Source of the DNA: Candidatus Aegiribacteria sp. MLS_C
Lineage (GTDB): Bacteria > Fermentibacterota > Fermentibacteria > Fermentibacterales > JCC-6
Assembly (NCBI GenBank): GCA_002030045.1
Contig: LQBI01000031.1
Location: 94,854-158,853 of the forward strand
Reading direction: 5' to 3'
Length of the DNA: 64,000 nt
A program made the position numbers and the translations under genes. The notes under the pieces were generated by a model that saw only the letters and a list, made by a program, of their open reading frames with translations, was not told the DNA's origin and did not search any database. Shown piece after piece: positions 1-10,069 of this stretch; the first letter of the stretch is position 1; every line of letters begins with the position of its first letter.

Positions 1-467
1 TGAAGGTAGCCATGCTCAGGAATGCCATCATCGTGGCCGGGGCCCTTGGGATAGAGCATCCGAAGAGCACCTACGTTTGCGCCAAGGAGGTGCCCTACGA
101 GAAGATGCCCTGCACCATGGAGGCTGCCAGGATGAAGGAGATGGCCGACAGGGGCGAATTCGGCGACATCATCTTCGACGCTCCCCTGGCCATGGACCTC
201 GCCGTATCAGCCGAAGCCTGCAGGATCAAGAAGATAGACACCCCCGTCGGAGGGGACGCGGACATACTCATACTCCCCGACATTGAGGCCGCCAACATTC
301 TCTACAAGACCCTGATATTCATCTCCGGCGGAGAGCTCGGGGCAGTGATAATGGGGGCGAAGAATCCGGTGGTCCTCACCTCCCGCGCTGACTCTGCAGA
401 GTCGAAGCTGTGTTCCATCGTGCTGTCAGGGGTCGTCGCCGGATACGGGAAGACAGACGGGAACTGA
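1..467 (+). CDS. phosphate acetyl/butyryltransferase (Pta/Ptb family), C-terminal fragment; gene begins upstream of the window
   Basis: Open frame from the window edge to TGA at 465-467. The translation (…DADILILPDIEAANILYKTLIFISGGELGAVIMGAKNPVVLTSRADS…) matches the conserved C-terminus of the phosphotransacetylase/phosphotransbutyrylase family. Confidence 0.55.
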   Translation, partial: KVAMLRNAIIVAGALGIEHPKSTYVCAKEVPYEKMPCTMEAARMKEMADRGEFGDIIFDAPLAMDLAVSAEACRIKKIDTPVGGDADILILPDIEAANILYKTLIFISGGELGAVIMGAKNPVVLTSRADSAESKLCSIVLSGVVAGYGKTDGN

Positions 468-919
468 TGAGGATCGCCATAGCCAGCGATCACGCCGGAT
501 TCCGGCTCAAGGAGCACCTGGCGGAATGGCTCCGGGGGAGGGATGCCCTGGTCCTCGAGGACCTGGGCCCTTCGGACGACTGCTCCGTCGATTATCCTGA
601 TTTCGCCGGAGCCCTCTGCAGGAGCCTCCTCGCGGGATCCGCCGATATCGGCATCCTGATATGCAATTCCGGCATCGGTATGAGCATCAGCGCCAACCGG
701 TACAGGGGCATAAGGGCCGCCCTCTGTCTTTATCCGGACATGGCCTTCTGGGCCAGGCACCACAACGACGCCAACGTCCTGGTACTGGGAGGAGGCATGA
801 CGGCTCCCTTCCTGGCAAGGGAGATAGTGAAGGTCTTCCTGACCGAGGAGTTCGACGGTGGACGGCACGGGAGAAGGGTCGGCAAGATGGACTCTCTGCC
901 CGGCGTGCAGGGATCCTGA
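467..919 (+). CDS. rpiB: ribose-5-phosphate isomerase B
   Basis: ATG at 467 overlaps the upstream stop (TGATG). N-terminus MRIAIASDHAGFRLKEHL… with CNSGIGMSISANR is the RpiB/LacAB signature; length ~150 aa. Confidence 0.85.
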   Translation: MRIAIASDHAGFRLKEHLAEWLRGRDALVLEDLGPSDDCSVDYPDFAGALCRSLLAGSADIGILICNSGIGMSISANRYRGIRAALCLYPDMAFWARHHNDANVLVLGGGMTAPFLAREIVKVFLTEEFDGGRHGRRVGKMDSLPGVQGS

Positions 920-935
920 TCCCCCGGAGAAGGAA

Positions 936-2000
936 ATGATCGACGTTATTTGCGGAGCAAGACCGAATTTCATGAAAGTCGACCCCATCGTGAGGAACCT
1001 CGACCCCGGCATCGGTGTCCGTATAGTGCACACCGGTCAGCACTACGACCATATCATGTCCCAGAGCTTCTTCGACCAGCTCCGGCTGCCGCCTCCGGAC
1101 CTTAACCTCGAGGTGGGTTCGGCCAGCATCACAGCCCAGACAGCGGCCATAATGGAACGGTACGAGGAGGTCGTCGCCGATGGAGCTCCGGTGGCCGTCG
1201 TGGTGGTGGGTGACGTCAATTCCACCCTTGCCTGCTCACTTGTCGCGGTCAGGTACGGTATTCCGGTGATCCACGTGGAGGCAGGGCTGCGAAGCTTCGA
1301 CAGGCGAATGCCGGAGGAGATAAACCGAGTACTGACCGACCAGATAGCCGATCTGCTCCTGATAACCAGCGCCGAGGCCAGGGACAACCTGCTGGCCGAG
1401 GGCAAGAGCAGCAGGAGCATCAAGCTGGTGGGCAATCCCATGATAGATACTCTGAAGAGACTCCTGCCGGAGGCCATGTCCTCCGAGGAGCCGCCGGTGG
1501 GCGAGCGCTACTGCCTGGTCACGCTTCACAGGCCCTCGAATGTGGACGACCCGGAGAGGCTGATGAGGATACTTGAGGCACTCGGCGACCTCGAGGGTCT
1601 CAGGGTGGTGTTCCCGGCCCATCCCCGGACCCGCGCCAGCATCCTCTCCTGGAGACTGGAAGTGCCCTCCAGTGTGCTTGTAGGCGAACCCATGACCTAT
1701 TTGCAGTTCCTGAGAGCACAGGCGGGTGCGGCGGGTGTGATTACCGACTCGGGCGGGGTACAGGAAGAGACCAGCGTCCTCGGAGTGCCCTGCGTGACCG
1801 TGCGGACCAGCACCGAAAGGCCCGTAACGCTTGAACTGGGGACCAATGTCCTTTGCCCCGTCGTATCGGAACTGAAGGATGCGGTTATCTCGCAGATGGA
1901 GAAACGAACCGGTTCTCCTCCGGAGATACCTTTGTGGGACGGGAAGGCGGGGGGCAGGATAGCCGCAGCCATAGAGGAATTCATAGGAGGTGCCAGATGA
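936..2000 (+). CDS. wecB: UDP-N-acetylglucosamine 2-epimerase (non-hydrolysing)
   Basis: RBS GGAGAAGGAA is followed by ATG 936. Motifs HTGQHYD, GDVNSTLA and HVEAGLRSFD…PEEINR are typical of WecB/MnaA. Confidence 0.85.
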   Translation: MIDVICGARPNFMKVDPIVRNLDPGIGVRIVHTGQHYDHIMSQSFFDQLRLPPPDLNLEVGSASITAQTAAIMERYEEVVADGAPVAVVVVGDVNSTLACSLVAVRYGIPVIHVEAGLRSFDRRMPEEINRVLTDQIADLLLITSAEARDNLLAEGKSSRSIKLVGNPMIDTLKRLLPEAMSSEEPPVGERYCLVTLHRPSNVDDPERLMRILEALGDLEGLRVVFPAHPRTRASILSWRLEVPSSVLVGEPMTYLQFLRAQAGAAGVITDSGGVQEETSVLGVPCVTVRTSTERPVTLELGTNVLCPVVSELKDAVISQMEKRTGSPPEIPLWDGKAGGRIAAAIEEFIGGAR

Positions 2001-3427
2001 GGAGCCTGACAGCAGCTGCAGCCATCGGTCCGGTGTTCATGGTCTTCATCGCCGCGGCATGTGGCGGTTCCGGCGACGGAGGCTTGCGCGTCTCCGCCGC
2101 GGATTCGGGCACTCAGAAATTCGCGGTTTCCATTCGGGGCGACGATGTGGGCTACATGCAGCTCGACATAGAGGAGTACGGTGAGGATTCACTCCTGATA
2201 ACCCAGACCATCAGCTGGAACATGATCCTCATGGGGAACAGGCGGGACATCGAGATGTCCATGACCGCCGTCACCGATACGACCTACGACCTGGGCAGCA
2301 TGGAGATGATGATGTCCGACGGGTCCGCAGAGATCAATGTCACGGCCGTCAGGCGTGATTCCCTGCTTGTTTCCTCGATAGGCACCGCGGGCAGGGTGAT
2401 AGACAACTCGACAGTGATCGAGGGGGATTACCTCCCTGTGCTGGCCGATCTGGCATGCGCCTCCATGGATTGGACCGAGGGCCAGGAAAGGATCTTTCAG
2501 TCCTTCGATCCCGCCAGCGGAGCGGTTCTATCGGCCACCGCCCTGTGCCAGGGTTACGAGGAGATGGACCTGCTCGGCGACACAGTGGAGGCCGTAAGGC
2601 TCCAGCTGTCCCAGATGGGAACGAGCAACCTGGTCTGGGTTCACGAGGGACAGATAGTCCGTGAGTACGAAGAGGGTCTGGGAATGGAGATGACCCGTGT
2701 CCCGCCTGGACAGGGGGGGGATATAATTGCAACAACCGACCTGTACGAGGTCTTCGCTGTTTCCTCGACCCCCATAGCTGATCCCAGGTCGGTGAGGGAC
2801 AGGACATTCGTCCTCGAGGGAGACATCGACTGGTCCCTGTTCCAGCTGGACATCCCTCCACTGCAGGAGGCGAGGGGCTGCACGGTGCGGGTCTCGAACA
2901 CCGCACCGGACCTTCCGGCGGGGTTCCCTTCGCCGGCGGTTCCGGACAGCCTTGCTGACTACGTTCTTCCCGAACCCATGATACAGTCCGGGGATTCAAC
3001 GATCTGCGCCGGGGCCGCGGAAGTGACCGCCGGCAGCCGTGACGCATGGGAAGCCGCACGCAGGATCTGTTCCTTCGTCGATACTGCGGTGGAGAACACC
3101 CCCACGGTTTCCCTACCCTCCGCTGTGGACGTGATGGAAAACCTCCGCGGCGACTGCAACGAGCACACCATTCTGTTCGTGGCCATGGCCAGGGCGGTCG
3201 GACTGCCTTCGAGGATATGCGCGGGAATAGTCTACCTGGACGGCTCCTTCGGCTACCATGCATGGCCCATGGTGTGGGTGGGCGACTGGGTGGCAATGGA
3301 CCCGACCTTCGGTCAGTACCTGGCCGACGGGACACATGTGATCCTGGCCACGGGGGACCTCCAGTCCCAGTACGTTGTCAATTCCGTGATCGGAAGGCTC
3401 AGCGTCATCGAGCTGATGGAGGAGTGA
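1997..3427 (+). CDS. lipoprotein with C-terminal transglutaminase-like cysteine-protease domain
   Basis: AGGAGG RBS; ATG 1997 overlaps the wecB stop. Signal peptide plus lipobox (…FIAAAC GGS). The C-terminal CNEHTILFVAMARAVGLPSRICAGIVY…GYHAWPMVWVGDWVAMDPTFG fits a transglutaminase-like Cys/His/Asp core. Confidence 0.7.
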   Translation: MRSLTAAAAIGPVFMVFIAAACGGSGDGGLRVSAADSGTQKFAVSIRGDDVGYMQLDIEEYGEDSLLITQTISWNMILMGNRRDIEMSMTAVTDTTYDLGSMEMMMSDGSAEINVTAVRRDSLLVSSIGTAGRVIDNSTVIEGDYLPVLADLACASMDWTEGQERIFQSFDPASGAVLSATALCQGYEEMDLLGDTVEAVRLQLSQMGTSNLVWVHEGQIVREYEEGLGMEMTRVPPGQGGDIIATTDLYEVFAVSSTPIADPRSVRDRTFVLEGDIDWSLFQLDIPPLQEARGCTVRVSNTAPDLPAGFPSPAVPDSLADYVLPEPMIQSGDSTICAGAAEVTAGSRDAWEAARRICSFVDTAVENTPTVSLPSAVDVMENLRGDCNEHTILFVAMARAVGLPSRICAGIVYLDGSFGYHAWPMVWVGDWVAMDPTFGQYLADGTHVILATGDLQSQYVVNSVIGRLSVIELMEE

Positions 3428-4543
3428 ATGGCCTCAGATGCCGAGGTCCTTGCCATGAGGAAAGCCCTCAGGATGGCCTCCAAGGGCAGGGGGGCGGCAT
3501 TTCCCAATCCCATGGTGGGTGCCGTTGTCCTGGACGGGAATGGAGTCGAGGTCGGTGACGGCTTCCACCGGAAATGCGGGGAACCCCATGCCGAGACCGT
3601 GGCCCTGGCCGCGGCGGGGGACAGGGCGAGGGGAGGGACCATGGTGGTCACTCTGGAGCCCTGCTGCCATCAGGGCAGGACCGGACCCTGCACCGAGAAG
3701 ATAATCGGGGCGGGCATCTCCAGGGTCGTAGTGGCCATGCAGGACCCGGACCCGAGGGTGCACGGGGGCGGGATCAGAGCCCTGGAGGAGGCGGGCATCG
3801 ATGTGGAGACCGGTATTCTGGCGGAAAGGGCCGCCGAACTGAACCGATTCTACCTTCATTACGTGAGGACCGGCAGGAGCTGGGTCACCCTGAAGCTGGC
3901 CTTGAGCCTGGACGGCAGGGTGGCGGCAGCTGACGGCGGAAGCCGGTGGATCTCCTGCGAGGAGTCCAGGAAGACTGTCCATAAAAAGAGGGCATCGGTG
4001 TCGGCGGTCATGACCGGGGCCGGTACCGTCCGCCGTGACGACCCCCGGCTCACCGCCAGGGATCTCCCTTTCCCGCTCTGCGAACAGCCGGCAAGGGTAG
4101 TGGTGACCGGTTCCGGAGACCTGGGTGATCCGAAGAGATTCCTGTCCGCTCCGGGAAGGATAATAATAGCCCTGCCCCGGGGAGCGGGCGATCTTCCTGA
4201 GATCATTCGTGGAAGGAGTGACCTGGAGATCTGGGAGCTTCCGAAGGACAGCCGCGGCGGCGTCGACCTGAGGGAACTCCTGGCCAGGACCGCTTCACGC
4301 GGGATGGGGGAAGTGCTCTGCGAATCGGGTCCCGGTCTCGCTGCGAACCTGATGATCGAGGGACTGGTGGATTCGGTCATGTTCTTCACGGCACCGATCC
4401 TCATGGGTAACGGTGGAGTACCCGCCATCGGGGACCTTGGAGTCCGGAGCATGGATGGTGCAATAAGGCTTCGCGGCGTGAGGCGACGAAGGATCGGAAC
4501 GGATCAGCTGACGGAGGGGGAGATTGTTCACGGGTCTGATTGA
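3428..4543 (+). CDS. ribD: bifunctional diaminohydroxyphosphoribosylaminopyrimidine deaminase / 5-amino-6-(5-phosphoribosylamino)uracil reductase
   Basis: CMP/dCMP-deaminase zinc motif (HAETVAL…LEPCCHQGRTGPC) followed by an RibD reductase domain; 371 aa; ends with TGA. Confidence 0.9.
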   Translation: MASDAEVLAMRKALRMASKGRGAAFPNPMVGAVVLDGNGVEVGDGFHRKCGEPHAETVALAAAGDRARGGTMVVTLEPCCHQGRTGPCTEKIIGAGISRVVVAMQDPDPRVHGGGIRALEEAGIDVETGILAERAAELNRFYLHYVRTGRSWVTLKLALSLDGRVAAADGGSRWISCEESRKTVHKKRASVSAVMTGAGTVRRDDPRLTARDLPFPLCEQPARVVVTGSGDLGDPKRFLSAPGRIIIALPRGAGDLPEIIRGRSDLEIWELPKDSRGGVDLRELLARTASRGMGEVLCESGPGLAANLMIEGLVDSVMFFTAPILMGNGGVPAIGDLGVRSMDGAIRLRGVRRRRIGTDQLTEGEIVHGSD

Positions 4544-5135
4544 GGGTACGGGTACGGTGAGATCCCGGTCGGGAAGCTCACTGACGGTTTCCTCGCCTCT
4601 GTCCGGGGAGGTCGTGCCCGGAGACAGCTTTGCTGTGGACGGTTCCTGCCTTACGGTGACGGGTTCGGCGGCGGGTTCGATGAGTTTTCAATGTTCCGGA
4701 GAGACTCTTTCAAGGACGGTGATCCAGTGGTACACCACAGGGGTCAGGGTCAACCTGGAGAGGCCGCTGCTCCCCTCGGACAGGCTTCACGGCCACCTGG
4801 TGACGGGCCATGTGGACGAGACGGCCCGTTTACTGCGCGTTCAGAGATCCGGCGGCGGCATGACGGCATGGATCTCCTATTCCCCGGAGTCATCAGTGCT
4901 TCTCGTCCCCAGGGGATCAGTGGCCGTGAGCGGAGTGAGCCTTACGGTAGCGTCACTGGAACCCGGCATGTTCTCCGTTGCGCTGATACCGGAGACCCTT
5001 GCGAGGACAACTGCGGACGGATGGCGTCCGGGCACCAGGGTGAACCTGGAGTTCGACCTGATAGGCAAATACGTGCGGAGGCAGGCTGAAGCCGCCTCTG
5101 CTGCTGCAGGATTGAGGGATCATCTTGAAGGGTAA
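4524..5135 (+). CDS. ribE: riboflavin synthase alpha subunit
   Basis: [12 protein letters not shown]… N-terminus with a duplicated lumazine-binding half; overlaps ribD by 20 nt in another frame. Confidence 0.85.
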   Translation: MFTGLIEGTGTVRSRSGSSLTVSSPLSGEVVPGDSFAVDGSCLTVTGSAAGSMSFQCSGETLSRTVIQWYTTGVRVNLERPLLPSDRLHGHLVTGHVDETARLLRVQRSGGGMTAWISYSPESSVLLVPRGSVAVSGVSLTVASLEPGMFSVALIPETLARTTADGWRPGTRVNLEFDLIGKYVRRQAEAASAAAGLRDHLEG

Positions 5136-6363
5136 TGAGAACGGAGCGATCGCGGGGGCTCCCGAGGCCATCGAGGCCATAGCCGCCGGCAGGATGGTGG
5201 TCGTGGTGGACGACGAGAACAGAGAGAACGAGGGTGACCTGGTGATAGCAGCCCAGATGTGCGATGCCGGAGCAGTCAACTTCATGGCCATGGAGGCCAG
5301 GGGACTGATATGCCTTTCGATGGAGAGGGAAGACCTGGAGCGGCTGGGTATCCACGAGATGGTACCCCGGAACACTTCCCTCCATGATACCGCCTTCATG
5401 GTGAGCATCGACGCAAAGGAGGGCGTATCAACAGGAATCTCGGCCCACGACAGGGCCAGGACCATCGCAGTCGCCATCGATCCCTCCTCCAGGGTCGACG
5501 ACCTCGCCCGACCCGGACACATCTTCCCGCTGGCCGCCAGGCCCGGAGGTGTCCTTTCGAGGACGGGCCACACGGAGGCGGCGGTGGACCTGGCCAGACT
5601 GGCCGGGCTCGTGCCCGCCGGAGTGATCTGCGAGATAATGAACAGGGACGGTACCATGGCCAGGCTCCCCGAGCTCAGGGAATTCTGCCGGGAGCACGGG
5701 CTGGTGCTGACCACGGTTGAGGAACTGGTCCGCTACAGGCGCAGGACCGAGAAACTGGTGCGAGAGGTTGCTGCTTCAGTTCTGCCCACGGACTACGGGA
5801 CCTTCCAGCTGAGGATATTCGAGAGCATAACCGACGGAGAGGTCCATGTGGCGCTGGTGAAGGGTGAGGTGGCTGGAATGGAGAACGTGCTTGTCAGGGT
5901 GCATTCCCAGTGCCTGACAGGCGACGTGTTCGCCTCCAGGAGGTGCGACTGCGGAAGCCAGCTGCACGCCGCGCTGAGGAGGATAGAGTACGAGGGGATG
6001 GGAGTGGTACTTTACATGGCCCAGGAGGGTCGCGGGATCGGACTGGCCAACAAGATAAAGGCATACCATCTCCAGGACCATGGTCTGGACACCGTGGAGG
6101 CCAACGAGCGTCTGGGATTCGCCCCCGATCTCAGGGACTACGGTACCGGTGCGCAGATCCTGTCCGAGCTGGGCCTGTCCACCATAAGGCTCATGACGAA
6201 CAACCCGAGGAAAATAGTCGGCCTGAGGGGCTATGGGCTCGAGATCACGGAGAGGGTGGGTATCGAGGTGAAACCCACCAACGAGAACATCAGGTACCTG
6301 AGAACAAAGAAGAATAAGCTGGGACACCTGCTGGAGGAGGTCGACGATGACCTGGATACATGA
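5125..6363 (+). CDS. ribBA: bifunctional 3,4-dihydroxy-2-butanone-4-phosphate synthase / GTP cyclohydrolase II
   Basis: DHBP synthase motifs ([14 protein letters not shown]) followed by GTP cyclohydrolase II (CDCGSQL…[12 protein letters not shown]); 412 aa. Confidence 0.9.
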   Translation: MKGNENGAIAGAPEAIEAIAAGRMVVVVDDENRENEGDLVIAAQMCDAGAVNFMAMEARGLICLSMEREDLERLGIHEMVPRNTSLHDTAFMVSIDAKEGVSTGISAHDRARTIAVAIDPSSRVDDLARPGHIFPLAARPGGVLSRTGHTEAAVDLARLAGLVPAGVICEIMNRDGTMARLPELREFCREHGLVLTTVEELVRYRRRTEKLVREVAASVLPTDYGTFQLRIFESITDGEVHVALVKGEVAGMENVLVRVHSQCLTGDVFASRRCDCGSQLHAALRRIEYEGMGVVLYMAQEGRGIGLANKIKAYHLQDHGLDTVEANERLGFAPDLRDYGTGAQILSELGLSTIRLMTNNPRKIVGLRGYGLEITERVGIEVKPTNENIRYLRTKKNKLGHLLEEVDDDLDT

Positions 6364-6868
6364 GGGGAAGCTTGACGGCGAAGGTATCAGACCGGCCATA
6401 ATCGTATCCCGTTTCAACAGTTTCATTACCGGCAAACTGCTGGAGGGCGCCCTTGACTGCCTGGAGAGACACAACGTGGACACTGACGACATCGACGTAT
6501 TCTGGGTTCCCGGCGCCTGGGAGATCCCGGCTCTCGCATTGAGGGTAGCGGACACAGGGCTGTTCGACTGCGTTATCTGTCTTGGAGCAGTCATAAGGGG
6601 CGAGACCCCTCACTTCGAGTACGTGTCCGCGGAGAGTGCCAAGGGAGTGGCCCAGGCCGCCATGCTCACGGACGTTCCGGTGGTCTACGGGATAGTCACC
6701 GCCGATACTGTGGAACAGGCAGTGGACCGGGCAGGCACAAAGTCCGGCAACAGGGGGTTCGACGCAGCCATGACGGCGCTGGAGATGACGGCCCTCTACG
6801 ACCATCTCGCCGACCTCGAGTCCTCCAGGGAGGAAGCACCCGGGGAAGAAGGGGAAGACAAGGACTGA
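6347..6868 (+). CDS. ribH: 6,7-dimethyl-8-ribityllumazine synthase
   Basis: [18 protein letters not shown]…VPGAWEIP…[14 protein letters not shown] are lumazine-synthase signatures. Confidence 0.9.
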   Translation: MTWIHEGKLDGEGIRPAIIVSRFNSFITGKLLEGALDCLERHNVDTDDIDVFWVPGAWEIPALALRVADTGLFDCVICLGAVIRGETPHFEYVSAESAKGVAQAAMLTDVPVVYGIVTADTVEQAVDRAGTKSGNRGFDAAMTALEMTALYDHLADLESSREEAPGEEGEDKD

Positions 6869-7309
6869 ATGGGAGTCAGGAACAGATGCCGCAAAGCCCT
6901 TCTGCAGGCCAGGTTTGCCGCTGAGATAAACGGCAGGCCGATCCTGGTGAACCTGGAGTTCATACGGAGTATGCTCGAGGATCCGGAACTTGGCGTGGGC
7001 GCGCCCCTGGACGAGGAGGACTGGACCTGGATTGCGACGCTGGCCGAGGCCATCCAGGAGAATCTGGCGGAGATAAGGGAAAGGATCGGCGGATCCCTGG
7101 AGAACTGGACTCTGGACAGGCTCAGTATCGTCACCAGGCTGATACTCGAGCAGGCCATGGGAGAGATGTTCTACTGCAGTTCCCGAACGCCTGCGCCGGT
7201 GGTAATAGACGAGTCGCTTGAACTTGCCCGAATGTTCGAGGAGGATGAAGCGGCGGGGCTGATAAACGGAGTCCTTGACGCCATATCCGGAGACGGCGGG
7301 AAGGGCTGA
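6869..7309 (+). CDS. nusB: transcription antitermination factor NusB
   Basis: Starts one nt after the ribH stop. Length ~146 aa and the position downstream of ribH match the conserved ribH-nusB pairing; NusB-like helical sequence. Confidence 0.8.
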   Translation: MGVRNRCRKALLQARFAAEINGRPILVNLEFIRSMLEDPELGVGAPLDEEDWTWIATLAEAIQENLAEIRERIGGSLENWTLDRLSIVTRLILEQAMGEMFYCSSRTPAPVVIDESLELARMFEEDEAAGLINGVLDAISGDGGKG

Positions 7310-7327
7310 GGATCTGGAGATGATGAA

Positions 7328-8038
7328 ATGCTTCTAAGGGTGATCTCCGATGTCCACTCGAATCTCCCGGCCCTGAAAGCCGTCCTGGAAGACCCTCCCG
7401 GAGCCGGCGCTGACAGCACGCTCTGCCTCGGCGATGTTGTGGGTTACGGAGCGGACCCTTCCAAATGCATCAGCCTGGTCAGGAAGCAATGCCGACTGGT
7501 CGTCAGGGGGAACCACGACGCCGGGGCTGCCGGCCAGGTGTCCCTGGACAGGTTCAACTGGGAGGGGGCGACCGCCATAAGGTGGACCAGGGATGTCCTG
7601 AGCGGCGAAGAGATCAGATGGCTGTCCATGCTTCCCCATTTCCATGAGCTTCAGGAGTTCTTCCTGTGCCACAGCTATCCTGCAGACCCGGAGAGCTGGA
7701 CCTACGTCCTCAGACGCAACCAGGCACTTGCCTCCATCGAGGCGAGGAAGGGCCAGGTCTCACTGATAGGGCATACCCACCTGCCCGGGGTATGGTCCGA
7801 GGACGGTCAGTACAGCGAGATCGATTCCGGTGACCTGGAGAGCGTGAGGCTGATCAACGTGGGCAGCGTGGGTCAGCCGAGGGACCGGGACCCCCGTGCC
7901 GCGTACCTTCTTATAGACACGGAGAAGAGAACCTGGGAGCACCGGCGGGTGGAGTATCCGATTGACGAAGCCGCGGCACGAATCAGGGAGGAATCCCTCC
8001 CGGAAGTTCTTTGGCAGCGCCTCTACAGGGGTACGTGA
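7328..8038 (+). CDS. metallophosphoesterase (calcineurin-like, YfcE/MJ0936 family)
   Basis: ISDVHSN…LGDVVGYG…VRGNHD…GHTHLP is the metallophosphatase motif series. Confidence 0.7.
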   Translation: MLLRVISDVHSNLPALKAVLEDPPGAGADSTLCLGDVVGYGADPSKCISLVRKQCRLVVRGNHDAGAAGQVSLDRFNWEGATAIRWTRDVLSGEEIRWLSMLPHFHELQEFFLCHSYPADPESWTYVLRRNQALASIEARKGQVSLIGHTHLPGVWSEDGQYSEIDSGDLESVRLINVGSVGQPRDRDPRAAYLLIDTEKRTWEHRRVEYPIDEAAARIREESLPEVLWQRLYRGT

Positions 8039-8080
8039 CCGGGACATTTGCGCGGTTTCCTGCTCGTATCTGACCGAAGG

Positions 8081-9184
8081 CTAAGCCATGACACCCTCGG
8101 CGGTCTCCTCCATCACCTGGAGCATCCTGCGGGCCGTGGAGTCCCAGTCGAAGTTCCCCGCCCATTCCTTGCCCTTCGCGCCGAGGTCCGACCTCAGCTC
8201 CGAGTCGGATGCGATGCGACCCATGGCTTCCGCCAGTGCTTCAAGGTCTCCATGGGGGACCAGGATACCGGTCTCGCCGTTCCTCACCGAGTCCCTGAGC
8301 CCTTCGCTGTCACTTGCGATCACCGGTGTTCCGCAGGCGTTCGCCTCTATGACCGTGAGGCCCCACCCCTCCTTTTCCGAGGGAAATACCGCCGCCCATG
8401 CCCTCCGTAACCAGTGGAGCTTCCTTTCCTGTGATACGAAGCCCTCGAAAGTGACGGAGTCTTCAAGTCCCTGTTTCGAGGCAAGCTTCCTTAGCTCGTG
8501 ATCGTAGTCGCCCGATCCCAGGACTGTGAGCCTGCAGTCCCTGCCGGCCTCACGGAGCAGCCGGAGGGCGGATATTATGAGATGCACGCCCTTGTACCTC
8601 TTCAGCCTTCCCACGTACAGGAAGGTGCCCTGCTCGGGTTCGGGAGGACCCGGGCTGTAGAAACCGGTGTCTATTCCGCAGGGGATCACTGAGATTCTTC
8701 CCGCCGGTATTCCTCTGCTTATCAGGTCGGTCCTGGTGGAGTCCGATATTGCCACGAAGGTCGAATCCCTGTAGGCGCTGGGGATGAAGGACTCCATGAA
8801 GTTGACGTACAGGGCCAGAGGGAAGGCCACTTCCCTGTATGCCGTCGTACCGAACAGGTGAGGCACTACGGTGAGGACAGGTACGGGCGACCAGCGGGGG
8901 CTGTAGAAGGGGATCTTGCAGAGGTCCTCCAGAACGAGGTCGAAATTGGTCCCGATGTCCAGGGACAAGGCGAATCTCCTGACGGAGAAGTTGAAGGTAT
9001 TGCGTCTTCCATGCCGGAGTATCCTCACACCGTCGATCATCTCCTCGGGCGGCAGCCCCTTCACCGCCTGGGATACCTGGGTCACGGTGTGGCCGGCAGA
9101 CACAGCACGTTTCAGTATCTCGTGCAGATGGACCTCGGCGCCTCCGGCCTCCGGGTTCCGGGGATCCCTCCAGTTGAGGGCCAT
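8081..9184 (-). CDS. glycosyltransferase family 4
   Basis: N-terminal GGAEVHLHEI…GH and C-terminal EGWGLTVIEANACGTPVIASD…GETG are the GT4 (RfaG-like) signature. The start is chosen at MALNW; the ORF is open to 9220. Confidence 0.8.
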   Translation of the reverse strand: MALNWRDPRNPEAGGAEVHLHEILKRAVSAGHTVTQVSQAVKGLPPEEMIDGVRILRHGRRNTFNFSVRRFALSLDIGTNFDLVLEDLCKIPFYSPRWSPVPVLTVVPHLFGTTAYREVAFPLALYVNFMESFIPSAYRDSTFVAISDSTRTDLISRGIPAGRISVIPCGIDTGFYSPGPPEPEQGTFLYVGRLKRYKGVHLIISALRLLREAGRDCRLTVLGSGDYDHELRKLASKQGLEDSVTFEGFVSQERKLHWLRRAWAAVFPSEKEGWGLTVIEANACGTPVIASDSEGLRDSVRNGETGILVPHGDLEALAEAMGRIASDSELRSDLGAKGKEWAGNFDWDSTARRMLQVMEETAEGVMA

Positions 9185-9194
9185 TATGCGCACT

Positions 9195-9977
9195 TCAGCC
9201 CCTCCGCTGCTTCTCGGCAAAAATACCGATGACGCACCCGGTCATTCTTCCGACGGGAGAGGACTCCACCTTCTCCCTGATCCTTCTTCTGAGATCGTGA
9301 ACGGGTGGAACGAGGACGGGCCTGAGGGGAAGACATATACCGAGCTTCATCATTATCTCCCTGAAAACCCTGTAGGCCAGTGACGGGGAGAAGAACCGCC
9401 CGTAGGCGGCGCGGGGTTCGAGTCCCGCATCCTTCAGAAGCCGTCTCAGGCTTCCGGCGGTGAACTGAGTCTCCCAGCCGGCGAACCAGGCGTTTAACGC
9501 GATCAGTACCTTTTTCATTGCGGTGTATACGTGGAAGGTCTGGGGAACGTCCACGAGGACCGTTCCTCCGGGCCTCGTTACTCTGGAGTTCTCCCTAAGC
9601 AGCAGTATCGGCTCCCTGAAATGTTCCAGAACACCCTGGTGGAAGACCAGGTCGAAGACCCCGTCCCTGAAGGGCAGGGCGAGTGCGTCACCGCACACGA
9701 GCATGAGTTCAGCCCCGGACCTGTCCGCGGCCTCCCTGGCCAGCCTGAGGGCTTCGTGGGAATAATCCAGTGCGACGACCCGGGCTCCCTGCAGGGAAAG
9801 GGTAGCGCTGTCCCTGGCGGTGGCCGCCCCCACTTCCATTATCAGGAGTCCGGACACATCCATCCGCCTGCCCACCTCGAGGGGGATACGGCCGTCGTTG
9901 TCGTATATCTCGTCAAGGTCACGGTCACGACGCCAGAAGTCGTCCCAGTGACTCCTTTCGGAAGTCCTGCTGCTCAT
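9195..9977 (-). CDS. class I SAM-dependent methyltransferase
   Basis: Motif I LIMEVGAATARDS and motif post-I VVALDYS, with GGTVLVD downstream. Confidence 0.75.
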   Translation of the reverse strand: MSSRTSERSHWDDFWRRDRDLDEIYDNDGRIPLEVGRRMDVSGLLIMEVGAATARDSATLSLQGARVVALDYSHEALRLAREAADRSGAELMLVCGDALALPFRDGVFDLVFHQGVLEHFREPILLLRENSRVTRPGGTVLVDVPQTFHVYTAMKKVLIALNAWFAGWETQFTAGSLRRLLKDAGLEPRAAYGRFFSPSLAYRVFREIMMKLGICLPLRPVLVPPVHDLRRRIREKVESSPVGRMTGCVIGIFAEKQRRG

Positions 9978-10069
9978 ACAGCTAACCTACTAAGACAACC
10001 CGTATTTAACTAGAAGAATGTCCCATTCTGGTGCCGGGCCCGAAAAATGGGACATTCCTGTTCTTCGCA

